Source: Histomonas meleagridis 2922-C6/04-290x (lineage: Eukaryota; Protista; Parabasalia). From it: a stretch of 64,000 nucleotides of DNA. Each line of letters begins with the position of its first letter. The stretch's first letter is position 1. The stretch spans positions 62,001 to 126,000 of the forward strand of contig JAANOX010000126.1 of NCBI GenBank assembly GCA_020184695.1, in the 5' to 3' direction. Below the pieces are notes generated by a model. That model did not search any database, was not told the origin of the DNA, and saw nothing but the letters and a program-made list of their open reading frames with translations. Both the position numbers and the translations under genes were made by a program. Shown piece by piece: positions 63,747-64,000 of the stretch.

Positions 63747-63872
63747 GATGCTGAAATTAATAAACAAAAATGAGATAAATGGTTTTTTCTTGTTATTGAA
63801 ACATTTACAATAAAACTTTTTGAATTTCGTACGTTAATTTGTAAAGTATTTAATTTCAATCTACTTTTCAAG

Positions 63873-64000
63873 ATGGAGGAATTTTTACTTCCTCCTTCCA
63901 TTAATGAAATCATAGATCGGCAATTCTACGTTGTTTTAACATATGACCTACAATATAAAAAATTATACAAAGTTACAAATCAAGTTGATTTTCTACTATC
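63873..64000 (+). CDS. Partial ORF running off the window
   Basis: ATG 63873 (MEEFLLPPSINEIIDRQFY...) is open to the window end. Confidence 0.45.
   Translation, partial: MEEFLLPPSINEIIDRQFYVVLTYDLQYKKLYKVTNQVDFLL

Noticed and set aside
1-64000. Stop-codon reassignment as the cause of broken genes
   Set aside because: TAA, TAG and TGA all terminate conserved or long genes here, and most breaks are frameshifts.

Overview
AT-rich, gene-dense, essentially intron-less eukaryotic DNA, most consistent with a parabasalid protist (Tritrichomonas/Histomonas/Trichomonas-like). The assignment is an inference from short intergenic gaps, Inr-like TCAYT, M3-like RCGGTT and M5 CCTTT promoter motifs, TAAA stop/polyA signals and DUF3447-type ankyrin genes. 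The window holds about 35 protein genes, including eIF3d, TAF6, RPS5, RPS11, RPL30, KIN17, two J-proteins, an epsin, two importin-beta-like HEAT genes, a RhoGAP, TBC proteins, HSPBP1, SmB, a CAMSAP-like protein, a Vps18-like protein, MCT-1, a CFAP410-like LRR and an HMG-box protein. It also holds two tRNAs (Ser-GCT, Ile-TAT) and several broken genes. The main finding is eight short AT-rich inserts (34-68 nt where both ends are visible) that interrupt ankyrin repeats at the same point, the hairpin just before the TPLH/TAL motif, in three separate loci. None has frame-restoring GT-AG ends or the parabasalid ACTAAC branch motif. All eight carry a GG (mostly ATTTGG) ending exactly 21 nt before the codon at the repeat's Thr position. 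Removing three of them rebuilds an uninterrupted 563-aa ankyrin gene (34502-36313) with a regular 34-aa period. This points to non-canonical introns, ribosomal bypass, or an ankyrin-targeting mobile element; the mechanism cannot be decided from DNA alone.
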